Below are positions 1-10,975 of a stretch of DNA of 64,000 nucleotides, one piece after another. The translations under genes were made by a program, and so were the position numbers. How positions within the stretch are numbered: position 1 is the stretch's first letter; each line of letters starts with the position of its first letter. The stretch spans positions 1,664,001 to 1,728,000 of the forward strand of contig CAXXLV010000002.1 in the NCBI GenBank assembly GCA_963664305.2. Reading direction: 5' to 3'. Below the pieces are notes generated by a model. It did no database searches and was not told where the DNA came from. It saw only the letters and a list, made by a program, of their open reading frames with translations. This DNA is from an uncultured Aliarcobacter sp. Its GTDB lineage: Bacteria; Campylobacterota; Campylobacteria; Campylobacterales; Arcobacteraceae.

Positions 1-246
1 CAAATGTTTTATCGCAGCACTTGTTGCAGTATTACAAGCAACAATCAAAGCCTCTATTCCATAATTTTCAAGTAAATATTCAGTTATTTTGTCACATCTA
101 TTTAAAATCTCTTCAGATTTTTTCTCTCCGTAAGGAGCATACGCAGTATCAGCTATGTAAAAAATTTCAGCATTTCTAAAAACTTTTAAAATAGATTTTA
201 GAACTGTTAATCCTCCAAGCCCAGAATCAAATACACCAACTTTCAA
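1..246 (-). CDS. murI: Glutamate racemase, N-terminal part (runs off window edge)
   Basis: Not in ORF track. Minus strand from TTG at 246 reads MKVGVFDSGLGGLTV...YIADTAYAPYGEK...LIVACNTATS, the MurI motifs; AAGGT SD upstream. Confidence 0.95.
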   Translation of the reverse strand, partial: MKVGVFDSGLGGLTVLKSILKVFRNAEIFYIADTAYAPYGEKKSEEILNRCDKITEYLLENYGIEALIVACNTATSAAIKHL

Positions 247-320
247 TTTATACCTTTATTAGTAATAAGTGATTATTTTAACATAAGTTTTTAAATAAAA
301 TTATTAGGAGAAAGAAGAAA

Positions 321-349
321 TAACAATACTCTTTATTAGAGTATTGTTA
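321..349 (-). terminator. Intrinsic terminator of gdhA
   Basis: Perfect 12-bp inverted repeat TAACAATACTCT-N5-AGAGTATTGTTA just after the gdhA stop, followed by a U/C-rich run on the minus strand. Confidence 0.7.
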
Positions 350-358
350 AAAAAAGAA

Positions 359-1732
<1,374 letters not shown>

Positions 1733-1830
1733 TTAAAAAATTATTTTATCGAAAAATGTTTATATTTTATACAATAATGATAATATTTAATCATTTATAT
1801 AAAAAATATACTTTATTTGAAAGGTTACAA

Positions 1831-2496
1831 TTGTTTTATCACTATCATCCATATAAACCAATTTTAAATTCTGCAACAAAAAGCTTGATTATTGGAACTC
1901 TTCCTCCTCCTAGGTTTTCTATAAAAGAATTAAAACTAAAAGATGTAGATTTCCCTTATGGTTCTTGTGATAATCTTTTATGGCAAATCATTGATAAAAT
2001 TTATAAATTAGATTTACTTTTTGATAATTCTCCTATTGCTGTTATCCAAAGAGAAAAATTTTTAATAGACAATAATATAGGAATTTGTGATATTGTTGAA
2101 AGTTGTCAAAGAGAAAGATTTGATGCTAGTGATTTAGCTATGCAAAATGTAATTCTAAGAGATATTTTATACTACCTAGAAACTTATAAAAATATTGATA
2201 AAATCATTTTTACAGGTGGAAGTTCAAAAAACAGCCCTCAATATTTTCTAAAAAAAATACTAAAACAAAATGATATAAAATTTATTGTAAAAGAAAAAAA
2301 TAATCCAAAAATTCATCAATTTATATTTGATAATAGAGTTTTTACAACTTATTCTTTAATTTCTCCATCAAATGCAGCGAATAAATCTATTGGAGCAAAT
2401 ATTTTATTTAAACAAAAAAAAGAAAAAAATCCAAGATATACAACTTTTGATTTTAGAATTGATGAATATAAAAAAGTTTTTAAAAGTTTAGAATAA
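1831..2496 (+). CDS. Uracil-DNA glycosylase-like family protein
   Basis: HPY...LIIGTLPP...YGSCDNLLW and LISPSNAAN resemble UDG-superfamily motifs. Likely start TTG 1831 (AAGG SD, TATACT -10 at 1807-1812) rather than 1705. Confidence 0.75.
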   Translation: MFYHYHPYKPILNSATKSLIIGTLPPPRFSIKELKLKDVDFPYGSCDNLLWQIIDKIYKLDLLFDNSPIAVIQREKFLIDNNIGICDIVESCQRERFDASDLAMQNVILRDILYYLETYKNIDKIIFTGGSSKNSPQYFLKKILKQNDIKFIVKEKNNPKIHQFIFDNRVFTTYSLISPSNAANKSIGANILFKQKKEKNPRYTTFDFRIDEYKKVFKSLE

Positions 2497-2518
2497 AAAA
2501 GAAAAATCTTTTTTATTC
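2491..2518. terminator. Bidirectional hairpin between convergent UDG-like gene and rho
   Basis: GAATAAAAAAGA-AAAA-TCTTTTTTATTC; each arm contains one gene's stop codon. Confidence 0.5.
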
Positions 2519-3841
2519 ATTCATTGAGTTAAAGAACTCTTCGTTATCTTTTGTTTTTTGCATTTTTGAGTATAAGAATTTAAGAGCTTCAACTTCATCC
2601 ATTTGAGAAATTGCATTTCTTAAAATCCAAGTTTTTTGTAAAACATCAGGAGTAAGAAGTAACTCTTCTTTTCTTGTTCCAGATTTTGTAATATCAAGAG
2701 CTGGATAAACTCTTTTATTTGCAGCATTTCTACTTAAAACTACTTCACTATTTCCAGTTCCTTTGAACTCTTCAAAAATAACTTCATCCATTTTTGAACC
2801 AGTTTCAATAAGTGCTGTAGAAATAATTGTTAAACTACCACCCTCTTCAATATTTCTAGCAGCTCCAAAAAATCTTTTTGGTTTATGTAAAGCATTTGCA
2901 TCAACCCCACCTGAAAGAACTTTTCCAGAAGATGGTGTTACAGTATTATAAGCACGTGCAAGTCTAGTAATAGAATCAAGTAAAATTACAACATCTTTTC
3001 TCATTTCTACAAGTCTTTTTGCTTTTTCAATTACAATTTCAGCAACTCTAACATGATTTTGTGCAGGTAAATCAAAAGTAGAACTATAAACTTCACCTCT
3101 TACACTTCTTTGCATATCAGTTACCTCTTCAGGTCTTTCATCAATTAAAAGTACCATTAAAGTTACTTCAGGATGATTTCTACTAATTGCATGTGCTAAT
3201 TCTTTTAACAATTCAGTTTTACCAGTTTTTGGTGGAGCAACAATAAGTCCTCTTTGACCTTTACCCATTGGTGCAAAAAGGTCTAGCATTCTTCCTGTCA
3301 TTTTTTGAGAATCATATTCGAAGTTAAATCGTGATGTTGAATAAAGTGGCGTTAAGTTATCAAATAAAGGTCTATTTTTTGATTCTTTAACTGGTAGATA
3401 ATTTATTGCTTCAATTTTTAATAAAGCATTATATTTTTCACTCTCTTTGTTAGGAGGTCTTACCTGCCCTGTTACGATATCTCCTGTTCTTAATGCAAAT
3501 TTTCTAATTTGAGTTGCACTTACATAAGAATCATTTGATGTATCAGAGAAATTACCATCAATTGCTCGAAGGAAACCAAATCCCCCTTCTTTAATCTCTA
3601 AAATTCCTGTAAATAAAATAAATCCACCAGCATCAATTTGAGATTTAAGAATCATAAACATTAAATCTTGTCGTTTTAATTCTTGAGGATTTTCAACTTC
3701 TAATTCATTTGCTATATTGATTAGTTCTTCTAAAGGTAATTCCCTTAGTTGTTCAATTTTATAACCTTCAACAGGAATATGTGTTCTTGTTTTTTTTGAG
3801 TTTGTCGTTTTTACTTTCGTTTCTTCTTTAGACTCTTCCAT
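2513..3841 (-). CDS. rho: Transcription termination factor Rho
   Basis: [61 protein letters not shown]. Confidence 0.99.
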   Translation of the reverse strand: MEESKEETKVKTTNSKKTRTHIPVEGYKIEQLRELPLEELINIANELEVENPQELKRQDLMFMILKSQIDAGGFILFTGILEIKEGGFGFLRAIDGNFSDTSNDSYVSATQIRKFALRTGDIVTGQVRPPNKESEKYNALLKIEAINYLPVKESKNRPLFDNLTPLYSTSRFNFEYDSQKMTGRMLDLFAPMGKGQRGLIVAPPKTGKTELLKELAHAISRNHPEVTLMVLLIDERPEEVTDMQRSVRGEVYSSTFDLPAQNHVRVAEIVIEKAKRLVEMRKDVVILLDSITRLARAYNTVTPSSGKVLSGGVDANALHKPKRFFGAARNIEEGGSLTIISTALIETGSKMDEVIFEEFKGTGNSEVVLSRNAANKRVYPALDITKSGTRKEELLLTPDVLQKTWILRNAISQMDEVEALKFLYSKMQKTKDNEEFFNSMNE

Positions 3842-3920
3842 GAGTATGTTTGCCTTTGATTTTACATAATAAGATATGTAGTTTTTGTAGTTTTTTGTAG
3901 TTTTTTAAAGTAATGCCGTA

Positions 3921-3949
3921 ATTGTAGTGTTTATTTGAGAATTTGTCAA
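3921..3949 (-). promoter_or_regulatory. Sigma70 promoter of rho
   Basis: Minus strand TTGACA (3949-3944), 17-nt spacer, TACAAT (3926-3921); predicted TSS near 3914. Confidence 0.8.
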
Positions 3950-3966
3950 TAAAATCTATTTTTAAT

Positions 3967-3995
3967 AAAAAAAGGTACCAATATATGGTACCTTT
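3967..3995 (-). terminator. Intrinsic terminator of ahpC
   Basis: AAAGGTACCA-N5-TGGTACCTTT perfect stem with a U-tract on the minus strand. Confidence 0.85.
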
Positions 3996-4013
3996 AATGC
4001 TAAAAAATAAATA

Positions 4014-4610
4014 TTATAATTTACCTTCATTTTTTGCTAAGTACTCAGCAACACCAGCAGTGTTAGCTTTCATACCTTCGTCACCTTTTGCCCAACCAGC
4101 TGGACAAACTTCACCATGCTCATTTGTAAATAACATTGCATCTACCATTCTGATCATTTCATCAATATTTCTTCCTAATGGTAAATCATTAACTACTGCA
4201 TGTCTGATTGTTCCATCTGCATCAATTAAGAAAGAACCTCTTAATGCAACAGATTCTCCAAATAATACATCGTAATCTCTTGAAATTGATTTTGATAAGT
4301 CTGCAACTAATGGGAATTTTACTCTTCCGATTCCACCATTTTCAACTGGTGTTTCTCTCCATGCAAAGTGTGAGAATTGAGAATCAACTGAACAACCAAT
4401 TACAGAAATTCCTCTTGAAGTAAATTCATCAATTCTTTTTGAGAAAGCAATAATTTCAGATGGACAAACGAATGTAAAATCTAATGGGTAAAAGAATAAT
4501 ACTGCACCTTTTTCACCAATGTTTTCATATAAATTAAAGTTTTCAACTATTTGACCATCTGCAAGTACAGCCTTTGCTGTAAAATCTGGAGCTTTTTTTG
4601 TAACTAACAT
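4014..4610 (-). CDS. ahpC: 2-Cys peroxiredoxin (AhpC/TsaA)
   Basis: FYPLDFTFVCPSE peroxidatic motif and GEVCP resolving motif. Confidence 0.97.
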   Translation of the reverse strand: MLVTKKAPDFTAKAVLADGQIVENFNLYENIGEKGAVLFFYPLDFTFVCPSEIIAFSKRIDEFTSRGISVIGCSVDSQFSHFAWRETPVENGGIGRVKFPLVADLSKSISRDYDVLFGESVALRGSFLIDADGTIRHAVVNDLPLGRNIDEMIRMVDAMLFTNEHGEVCPAGWAKGDEGMKANTAGVAEYLAKNEGKL

Positions 4611-4729
4611 TTTTTAATCCTTTTGTAATTTTATTAATTTTTTTTATCGTAGCGAAATTATATAACAAAAAATTTAAAACAAACTGTATTTTAGCTTAAA
4701 TTTTTAAATTTATGAAAATATTTATTTCT

Positions 4730-4744
4730 TAATAATAATTATCC
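4730..4744. promoter_or_regulatory. Putative Fur/PerR-family operator between ahpC and fdxA
   Basis: TAATAAT-A-ATTATCC matches 12 of 14 positions of TGATAAT-N-ATTATCA; AT-rich background limits significance. Confidence 0.4.
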
Positions 4745-4864
4745 TATTTAATCTTTTTAAAAAAGTTACAGTTTAAAAAACTGATATTTTTAATTTAGAT
4801 TTTTTAAAGATACTTTTATATTTACTGTGATAAAGTTTGTTAAAATTTAATAAGGAGATATACA

Positions 4865-5137
4865 ATGGCAGTAAAAATTACTGATATCTGTATTAGTTGT
4901 GATGCTTGTTTAGATGAGTGTCCAGTAGAAGCAATCGTAGATAATGATGAAAATCCAACAGGGCAAGATACATATTATGTATATGCTGACAAATGTGTTG
5001 AGTGTGTAGGTCATAATGATTCTCCTGCATGTGCTGATGCATGTCCAACTGAAGGATGTATTGTATGGGATGAAGCTGGTTCTGGTTCAGTAGAAAAAGA
5101 AGACAGAGGAACTCCTGGTACTCCTGTAGTTGAATAA
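4865..5137 (+). CDS. fdxA: 2[4Fe-4S] ferredoxin
   Basis: CISCDACLDECP and CVECVGHNDSPACADACP clusters; AAGGAG SD; divergent from ahpC as in Campylobacter. Confidence 0.92.
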   Translation: MAVKITDICISCDACLDECPVEAIVDNDENPTGQDTYYVYADKCVECVGHNDSPACADACPTEGCIVWDEAGSGSVEKEDRGTPGTPVVE

Positions 5138-5165
5138 TTAATTTAATTAATTTTACTATTATTTT

Positions 5166-5197
5166 AAAGGCAAGTAATATTTTACTTGCCTTTTTTT
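5166..5197 (+). terminator. Intrinsic terminator of fdxA
   Basis: AAAGGCAAGTAA-TATT-TTACTTGCCTTT followed by a T run. Confidence 0.88.
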
Positions 5198-5247
5198 ATT
5201 TTTTTCGATATAATCCGCGACTTAAAAAAAATCGAGGAATATAAGCA

Positions 5248-5661
5248 ATGGAACAAACATTATCAATCATCAAACCAGATGCTGTAGCAAAAAATGTAGT
5301 TGGAAAAATCTTAGATAGATTTGAAACAGCTGGATTAAGAATTGCAGCAACTAAAAAAATGCAATTAAGCAAAGCTGATGCAGAAGCTTTTTATGCAGTT
5401 CACGCAGCTAGACCTTTCTTTAAAGATTTAGTTGAATTTATGATTTCAGGACCAGTTGTAGTTTCAGTTTTAGAAGGTGAAAATGCAATGGCTAAAAATA
5501 GAGAATTAATGGGTGCAACTAATCCTAAAGAAGCAGCAGCTGGAACAATCAGAGCAGATTTTGCAGAATCAATTGATGCAAATGCAGTTCATGGTTCAGA
5601 TTCATTAGAAAATGCAGCAATCGAGATTAATTTCTTCTTTGCACAAAAAGAAATTTGTTAA
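5248..5661 (+). CDS. ndk: Nucleoside diphosphate kinase
   Basis: [34 protein letters not shown] at 5209-5214 followed by GC-rich CCGCG. Confidence 0.98.
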   Translation: MEQTLSIIKPDAVAKNVVGKILDRFETAGLRIAATKKMQLSKADAEAFYAVHAARPFFKDLVEFMISGPVVVSVLEGENAMAKNRELMGATNPKEAAAGTIRADFAESIDANAVHGSDSLENAAIEINFFFAQKEIC

Positions 5662-5687
5662 TTAACTATTAATAATTTAGTTTTATA

Positions 5688-6065
5688 ATGAAAATTGAAT
5701 TTAAGAAAGTACCACAAATTCGTAAAGAATTATTAACTGAACTTAATTCAGTTAAAATTGAAGGTACTTTTTGTAGAATATCGCAATCATTAGTAAAAAT
5801 TGATGCTGTATTAAAAGGTAATACAGAAATCAATTGTTGTAGATGCGGAACTACTGAAGTTATAGAAGTTGATGAAGAACTTAAATTACTTTTAAGTGAT
5901 GGTATCTATAAAGGTAATGAAGAGGAATACTTAGTAATTGAAGTAGAAAATAGTTTAATTGACTTTGATGAAATAATTGAAAGTGAATTAAATAGTATAA
6001 GAAGTGACTATTATATATGTGATGAATGTTCACAATATGGTGACAATTTTGAAAAAGAATTTTAA
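5688..6065 (+). CDS. YceD/DUF177-like protein
   Basis: CxRC and C-terminal CxxC motifs; position directly upstream of rpmF. Confidence 0.75.
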   Translation: MKIEFKKVPQIRKELLTELNSVKIEGTFCRISQSLVKIDAVLKGNTEINCCRCGTTEVIEVDEELKLLLSDGIYKGNEEEYLVIEVENSLIDFDEIIESELNSIRSDYYICDECSQYGDNFEKEF

Positions 6066-6076
6066 GGAGAATTAAA

Positions 6077-6229
6077 ATGGCAGTACCTAAGAGAAGAGTA
6101 TCTCATACTAGATCAGCAAAAAGAAGAACACACTACAAAATAACATTAAAAAAACCTGTTAAAGATAGCGATGGTTCTTGGAAAATGCCTCACATGGTTA
6201 ATCCAAATACTGGTGAATATAAAAACTAA
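6077..6229 (+). CDS. rpmF: 50S ribosomal protein L32
   Basis: Missing from ORF track (50 aa): [63 protein letters not shown] overlap with plsX. Confidence 0.97.
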   Translation: MAVPKRRVSHTRSAKRRTHYKITLKKPVKDSDGSWKMPHMVNPNTGEYKN

Positions 6230-7236
6230 TGCTAAAAATTGCAATAGATGCTATGGGTGGGGACTTCGGTCCTGAACCTATAATAGAAGGCTTAATAAGC
6301 GCACTTAAAAAAAACAATAACTTCAAAGCAATAGCTGTTGGTAAAAAAGACCAACTTTTAGAACTTATCCCACAAAATTTTCTGTCAAGAATTGAAATAT
6401 TAGATACAAATGATGTAATCAGTATGAGTGATTCAGCAACAGATGCACTAAAAAGAAAAGATTCAACTATTTATAAAGCCATTGAATTAGTAAGAGAAGG
6501 AAATGCAGACGCTGTTGTTTCTGCTGGACATTCTGGTGCTTCAATGTCTCTTGCAACATTAAGAATAGGAAGAATTAAAGGTGTAAGTAGACCTGCAATT
6601 GCAACATTAATGCCAACAAGCGAAAATCAAAATACTCTAGTATTAGACGTTGGAGCAAATGTTGACAGTGATGCAAAAAACTTATTCGAATTTGCTGTTA
6701 TGGGACAAGTTTATGCTCAATATGCATTAAGACTTGATGAACCAATAGTTGGTCTTTTAAGTAATGGTGAAGAAGATAGTAAGGGTAATGAAGTAACTAA
6801 AGAAGCTTATAAACTTATATCTAAAATCCCAAATTTTGCTGGAAATGTTGAAGGTAGTGATATTTTCAAAGGAACAGTAGACGTTGTTGTTTGTGATGGT
6901 TTTGTTGGTAATATATTACTTAAAACAGCTGAAGGTGTTGCAGACACTATTGGTAAAATTATTAAAAAGAATTTAAAAAGATCTCTAATTTCAATTGCTG
7001 GTGCAGTTCTTATGAGAAAAGTTTTCAAAAACTTAAAAGTAAGAGTTGATTATGCTGAATACGGTGGAGCACCACTTTTAGGAGTAAAAGCACCTGTTAT
7101 AATTGCTCATGGAAAATCTAATCCAAAAGCAATTCAAAATGCAATATTCCAAGCAATTAATGCAGCAAGTTCAAATTTAGATAATATAATTGAACAGAGA
7201 TTAGAGAAATATAGTAGTACACAACAAGAAAATTAA
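6229..7236 (+). CDS. plsX: Phosphate acyltransferase PlsX
   Basis: [38 protein letters not shown]; rpmF-plsX-fabH order. Confidence 0.98.
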   Translation: MLKIAIDAMGGDFGPEPIIEGLISALKKNNNFKAIAVGKKDQLLELIPQNFLSRIEILDTNDVISMSDSATDALKRKDSTIYKAIELVREGNADAVVSAGHSGASMSLATLRIGRIKGVSRPAIATLMPTSENQNTLVLDVGANVDSDAKNLFEFAVMGQVYAQYALRLDEPIVGLLSNGEEDSKGNEVTKEAYKLISKIPNFAGNVEGSDIFKGTVDVVVCDGFVGNILLKTAEGVADTIGKIIKKNLKRSLISIAGAVLMRKVFKNLKVRVDYAEYGGAPLLGVKAPVIIAHGKSNPKAIQNAIFQAINAASSNLDNIIEQRLEKYSSTQQEN

Positions 7237-7265
7237 TACTACTATATCAAATTAAGGATATGTAA

Positions 7266-8264
7266 ATGACATATGCAGCTTTTAGATCTATTGGAGCTTA
7301 TATTCCTCCAAAGATTATGACAAATGCAGATTTTGAAAAAATTATTGATACTAGTGATGAATGGATTACTAAAAGAACTGGTATTAAAGAAAGAAGAATT
7401 TCAGAAGTTGATGAAGCTTCATCTGATTTAGGAGCAAGAGCAGCGGAAGTTGCTATTGAAAGAGCAGGAATATCTAAAGAAGAGATTGATTTAGTTATTT
7501 GTGCTACTGTTACTCCTGATTATTTATGTATGCCATCAACTGCATGTTTAATTGCGTCAAAATTAGGACTTCCACCTGTAATGGCTTATGATATTAGTGC
7601 TGCATGTACAGGATTTGTATATGCACTTAGTGTTGCAAAAGCATTTATTGAATCTGGAATGAAAAAAAATGTACTTATTGTTGGTGCAGAAACATACAGT
7701 TCAATTTTAGATTATACAGATAGAGGAACTTGTTTTATCTTTGGGGATGGTGCAGGAGCAGCAATTATTTCTGCAACAACAAATAAAGATGAAGCAATTA
7801 TTGATGTTAATTGTTCAAGTGATGGGAATTATGAAGATTTAATTAAAACTCCTGGTGGTGGAAGTAAACATCCATGTTCACAAGAAGTTTTAGAAAATAA
7901 AATGGCATGTATAAAAATGAAAGGTAATGAAACTTTTAAACTTGCTGTTAAAACATTAACTTCTGACGTTCAAGTAATGATGCAAAAACATAATCTTACA
8001 AATGAGGATATAAAACACTTTATTCCTCATCAAGCAAACTATAGAATTATAAAAGCTGTAGGTGAAGCTTTAGGATTAAGTGATGAACAAACTGTTGTAA
8101 CTGTAGATAAATACGGAAATACTTCAGCTGCATCTATTCCTATGGCAATGAACTATGCTTATGAACAAGGTAGAATAAAAGCTGGTGATACAGTACTTTT
8201 TGATGCCTTTGGTGGTGGATTAACTTGGGGTTCTGCTCTATTTAAATTCGCACCAAAAAAATAA
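7266..8264 (+). CDS. fabH: 3-oxoacyl-ACP synthase III
   Basis: ISAACTGF, FGDGAGA, PHQAN, YGNTSAAS, FGGGLTWG. Confidence 0.98.
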   Translation: MTYAAFRSIGAYIPPKIMTNADFEKIIDTSDEWITKRTGIKERRISEVDEASSDLGARAAEVAIERAGISKEEIDLVICATVTPDYLCMPSTACLIASKLGLPPVMAYDISAACTGFVYALSVAKAFIESGMKKNVLIVGAETYSSILDYTDRGTCFIFGDGAGAAIISATTNKDEAIIDVNCSSDGNYEDLIKTPGGGSKHPCSQEVLENKMACIKMKGNETFKLAVKTLTSDVQVMMQKHNLTNEDIKHFIPHQANYRIIKAVGEALGLSDEQTVVTVDKYGNTSAASIPMAMNYAYEQGRIKAGDTVLFDAFGGGLTWGSALFKFAPKK

Positions 8265-8286
8265 AATAGGTTTTAACCTATTTTAT
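8261..8286. terminator. Bidirectional hairpin between fabH and azlD
   Basis: ATAAAATAGGT-TTTA-ACCTATTTTAT spanning both stop codons. Confidence 0.6.
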
Positions 8287-8603
8287 ACTAACTGAACTAA
8301 TCCCATATAAAAAATCGTTCCTACAAAAATTGAAATCAAATAATTTTTAAATGTTAAATGTAAAATTGCTGTAAATATAATAGCAACTATCTCTTTTAAA
8401 CCATATGGAAATATTGAAAACTCTACATCTTTTAAAGTAAAAACAATTAAAATTGTCATAATCACTGCAGGGAAATATTTTCCTAAAAATAAAAAATAGT
8501 TTGGTAACTCTTTGTTTCTAAAAAATAAAAATGGTAAAGCCCTTACAAAATAACTAATAATTGACATTATTGCAATTGCAATAAAAATTTCACTGTTATT
8601 CAT
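8283..8603 (-). CDS. azlD: Branched-chain amino acid exporter, small subunit (AzlD family)
   Basis: RALPF motif, hydrophobic 106 aa, overlaps azlC. Confidence 0.88.
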   Translation of the reverse strand: MNNSEIFIAIAIMSIISYFVRALPFLFFRNKELPNYFLFLGKYFPAVIMTILIVFTLKDVEFSIFPYGLKEIVAIIFTAILHLTFKNYLISIFVGTIFYMGLVQLV

Positions 8604-9282
8604 TTTCTATCTTTTTTTGAAATAAAAAAATCATTGCTATAGAAATAAAAATAGATACTATTAACATTTTATCACTAGGAACAAATATTAAAGAAAATAG
8701 TGAAGAAATAAAAGCAATAATGAATGGTATAGCATTTTTTAAATTTTTGTATTGTTCAATACATAAAACCACAAAAAGTGCTGTTAATGAAAATTCTAAA
8801 CCTTGTGTTTGAAATTTAATATTCGAACCAAAAACTGCACCTAAAGTTGAACCAATTAACCAATATAATTGACTAAAAAATAGTAAAAAAAAGTAATACC
8901 ACTTTTTATTTAAACTCTCATCATCTTTTATAGATGTTAATAAAGCATAGTTTTCATCTGTTAGAGCAAAAATCAAATAAGGTTTTAGTTTTCCAGAATT
9001 ATTAAATCTCTTTAATAAAGATAAACCATAAAAAGCTTGTCTAATATTTATAAAAAAAGAGGCTATTGCTATATCTACATACCCAGCTTTTATATTAAAA
9101 AAATTGATTGCAATAAATTGTAAAGCTCCTGTATAAATAAAAAAAGACATAATAGGAGCTAAGTACCAAGAATAATCAAAAGAGACTAACAGTAAGCCAA
9201 ATGCAAAGCCTAAAACTAGATATCCCATCATTATAGGGATAGAGATTTTAAAAGCTTTTTTTAATTCATTTTCATATTTCAA
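8596..9282 (-). CDS. azlC: Branched-chain amino acid exporter, large subunit (AzlC family)
   Basis: GYLVLGFAFG, YTGALQF, INIRQAFYG, ALTDENYA motifs; multi-TM. Confidence 0.9.
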   Translation of the reverse strand: MKYENELKKAFKISIPIMMGYLVLGFAFGLLLVSFDYSWYLAPIMSFFIYTGALQFIAINFFNIKAGYVDIAIASFFINIRQAFYGLSLLKRFNNSGKLKPYLIFALTDENYALLTSIKDDESLNKKWYYFFLLFFSQLYWLIGSTLGAVFGSNIKFQTQGLEFSLTALFVVLCIEQYKNLKNAIPFIIAFISSLFSLIFVPSDKMLIVSIFISIAMIFLFQKKIENE

Positions 9283-9294
9283 TATTTTATGTCT

Positions 9295-9729
9295 TTAGTT
9301 AAATTTCTTATTATTTGGATTATTTTTAAATACATTAAATGAATTCTTTTTTAAATCTTTATTGAATTTGTCAACTGTCGCTACAGAATTGATATATAAA
9401 ATTGATTCATCTACAATTATTTGAAAGATTGAATGTAAAGGAATTTTTACAACACTACCAAAATTTTCATTTCCGAAACCAGCTTCAAAACTTAAAAATT
9501 CATCATCAACTTGTACAGTTGTATATGTATAATTACTCAAAATAAATAAAGAAAATTTATGCATTTGTTCTTTTATAACTTTTGGTAATTCAGGATTAAA
9601 TGTAATTGGTTCGATATTTGCTGTTATTGAAAATTCTTGATTTTTTTCTAATAAAAATAAAATAGTTTCTTTTATCTGCTTTTCTACTAAAATTCTATAA
9701 TTATCATTTTCTACAATATCTCGAATCAT
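9295..9729 (-). CDS. Hypothetical protein, possible SspB-like fold
   Basis: Intact 144-aa ORF with AGGA SD; by-eye similarity to the SspB core (see findings). Confidence 0.6.
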   Translation of the reverse strand: MIRDIVENDNYRILVEKQIKETILFLLEKNQEFSITANIEPITFNPELPKVIKEQMHKFSLFILSNYTYTTVQVDDEFLSFEAGFGNENFGSVVKIPLHSIFQIIVDESILYINSVATVDKFNKDLKKNSFNVFKNNPNNKKFN

Positions 9730-9769
9730 AATTTATTCCTATTTTAAAAATTTGATGCTATTATAACTT

Positions 9770-10411
9770 ATGAAACAACTAATTTTCCTTATTCTTATTA
9801 TTTCAGCACCATTGTTTGCTTATGAATTTAAATTAAATCAAAAAGATATTAATTATATAAATAACCATCCTAAAAAATCTTTTATCCTAAATAGATTAGA
9901 AAAATTTCAATCATTAAAAAAACAAGTTAAAGATTATGAACTAATAAGAAAATTATCTCATATAAATACATTTATAAATAGAATTTTTCCAGCTCAAGAT
10001 ATTTCTACAGCTTCTTCACTTGATTATTGGGCAACACCTAAAGAATTTTTACTTCAAGGTCATGGTGATTGTGAAGATTATGTAATTGCAAAATATTTTA
10101 CACTTTTAGAACTAGGTATAAAAAAAGAAAATTTATACTTTGCAGTTGTAAATGTAAAAGGACAAAAAGATGCTCATATGGTTTTATTATATGTTGAAGA
10201 TAAAAACTCTTCACCATTGGTTTTAGATAATTTAAGCACAAAGGTTATTCCATTTACAAAAAGACCAAGACTTATCCCAAAATTTGCCTTTAATGAAATA
10301 GATGCTTACCTTTTTACTGCAAATAAATTTACTCAAAAAACAAAAATCAATTGGGGTAAAGACAATAAATGGGAAAAACTTTTAAATAGAGTTTATAATT
10401 TAAATGAGTAG
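9770..10411 (+). CDS. Periplasmic transglutaminase-like cysteine peptidase (BTLCP/LapG-like, C93)
   Basis: Signal peptide; DYWATPKEFL-GDCEDYVIAKY, HMVL and LVLDN carry the Cys-His-Asp triad. Confidence 0.9.
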   Translation: MKQLIFLILIISAPLFAYEFKLNQKDINYINNHPKKSFILNRLEKFQSLKKQVKDYELIRKLSHINTFINRIFPAQDISTASSLDYWATPKEFLLQGHGDCEDYVIAKYFTLLELGIKKENLYFAVVNVKGQKDAHMVLLYVEDKNSSPLVLDNLSTKVIPFTKRPRLIPKFAFNEIDAYLFTANKFTQKTKINWGKDNKWEKLLNRVYNLNE

Positions 10412-10965
10412 TCTTTTATCTCATCAAAACCTATCATTGCATTCATCAAAGCAATTTTAGAAGCATTTTTTAACATCTCTAAAGAGATATCTTTTTCTAT
10501 TAATCTTTTCTCTTCAATCAATCTAGCTCTTGTTGTACCTTCCAATAAACATTTTTTAGAAGTAATCCAACTATTTTCAAAAAGTATTGCTATATTTGCA
10601 ATAGATGTATCTGTAACTATTCCATTTTTTATGATAATTACCTCATCACATTCTTCTTTTTTTGCAAATAATTCATCTATTTTAGTTCTATCTAAATATT
10701 TTTTTGAATATACTATTTCATCATCAAAGATTATTTTAAAACTATGGATTTCTCTTTTTTTATATGGAAAATATAAAACATCAACTATTCCATCTTTATC
10801 ATAAATAACTTTGCATCTTAGAAGTTCATTTGAGATTGGATAAACATACTCTTGTAAATTTAAATTTAATCCTATCGTGTTTGCTACTCTTTTATTGTGA
10901 TATTCTAAATTAAAAATTTCAGAATCATCACATTTTATAGTTTCAAAATATTTTGTTGTTTTCAT
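10393..10965 (-). CDS. pabC: Aminotransferase class IV / aminodeoxychorismate lyase
   Basis: FETIK, TDTSIANI, LLEGTTRARL motifs; downstream of pabB. Confidence 0.8.
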   Translation of the reverse strand: MKTTKYFETIKCDDSEIFNLEYHNKRVANTIGLNLNLQEYVYPISNELLRCKVIYDKDGIVDVLYFPYKKREIHSFKIIFDDEIVYSKKYLDRTKIDELFAKKEECDEVIIIKNGIVTDTSIANIAILFENSWITSKKCLLEGTTRARLIEEKRLIEKDISLEMLKNASKIALMNAMIGFDEIKDYSFKL

Positions 10966-10975
10966 ATTTTTCCTT

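Noticed and set aside
6077..6229. L32 (and S18) lacking zinc-ribbon cysteines as zinc-starvation paralogs
   Set aside because: Both sit in their canonical housekeeping operons, so they are the primary copies.
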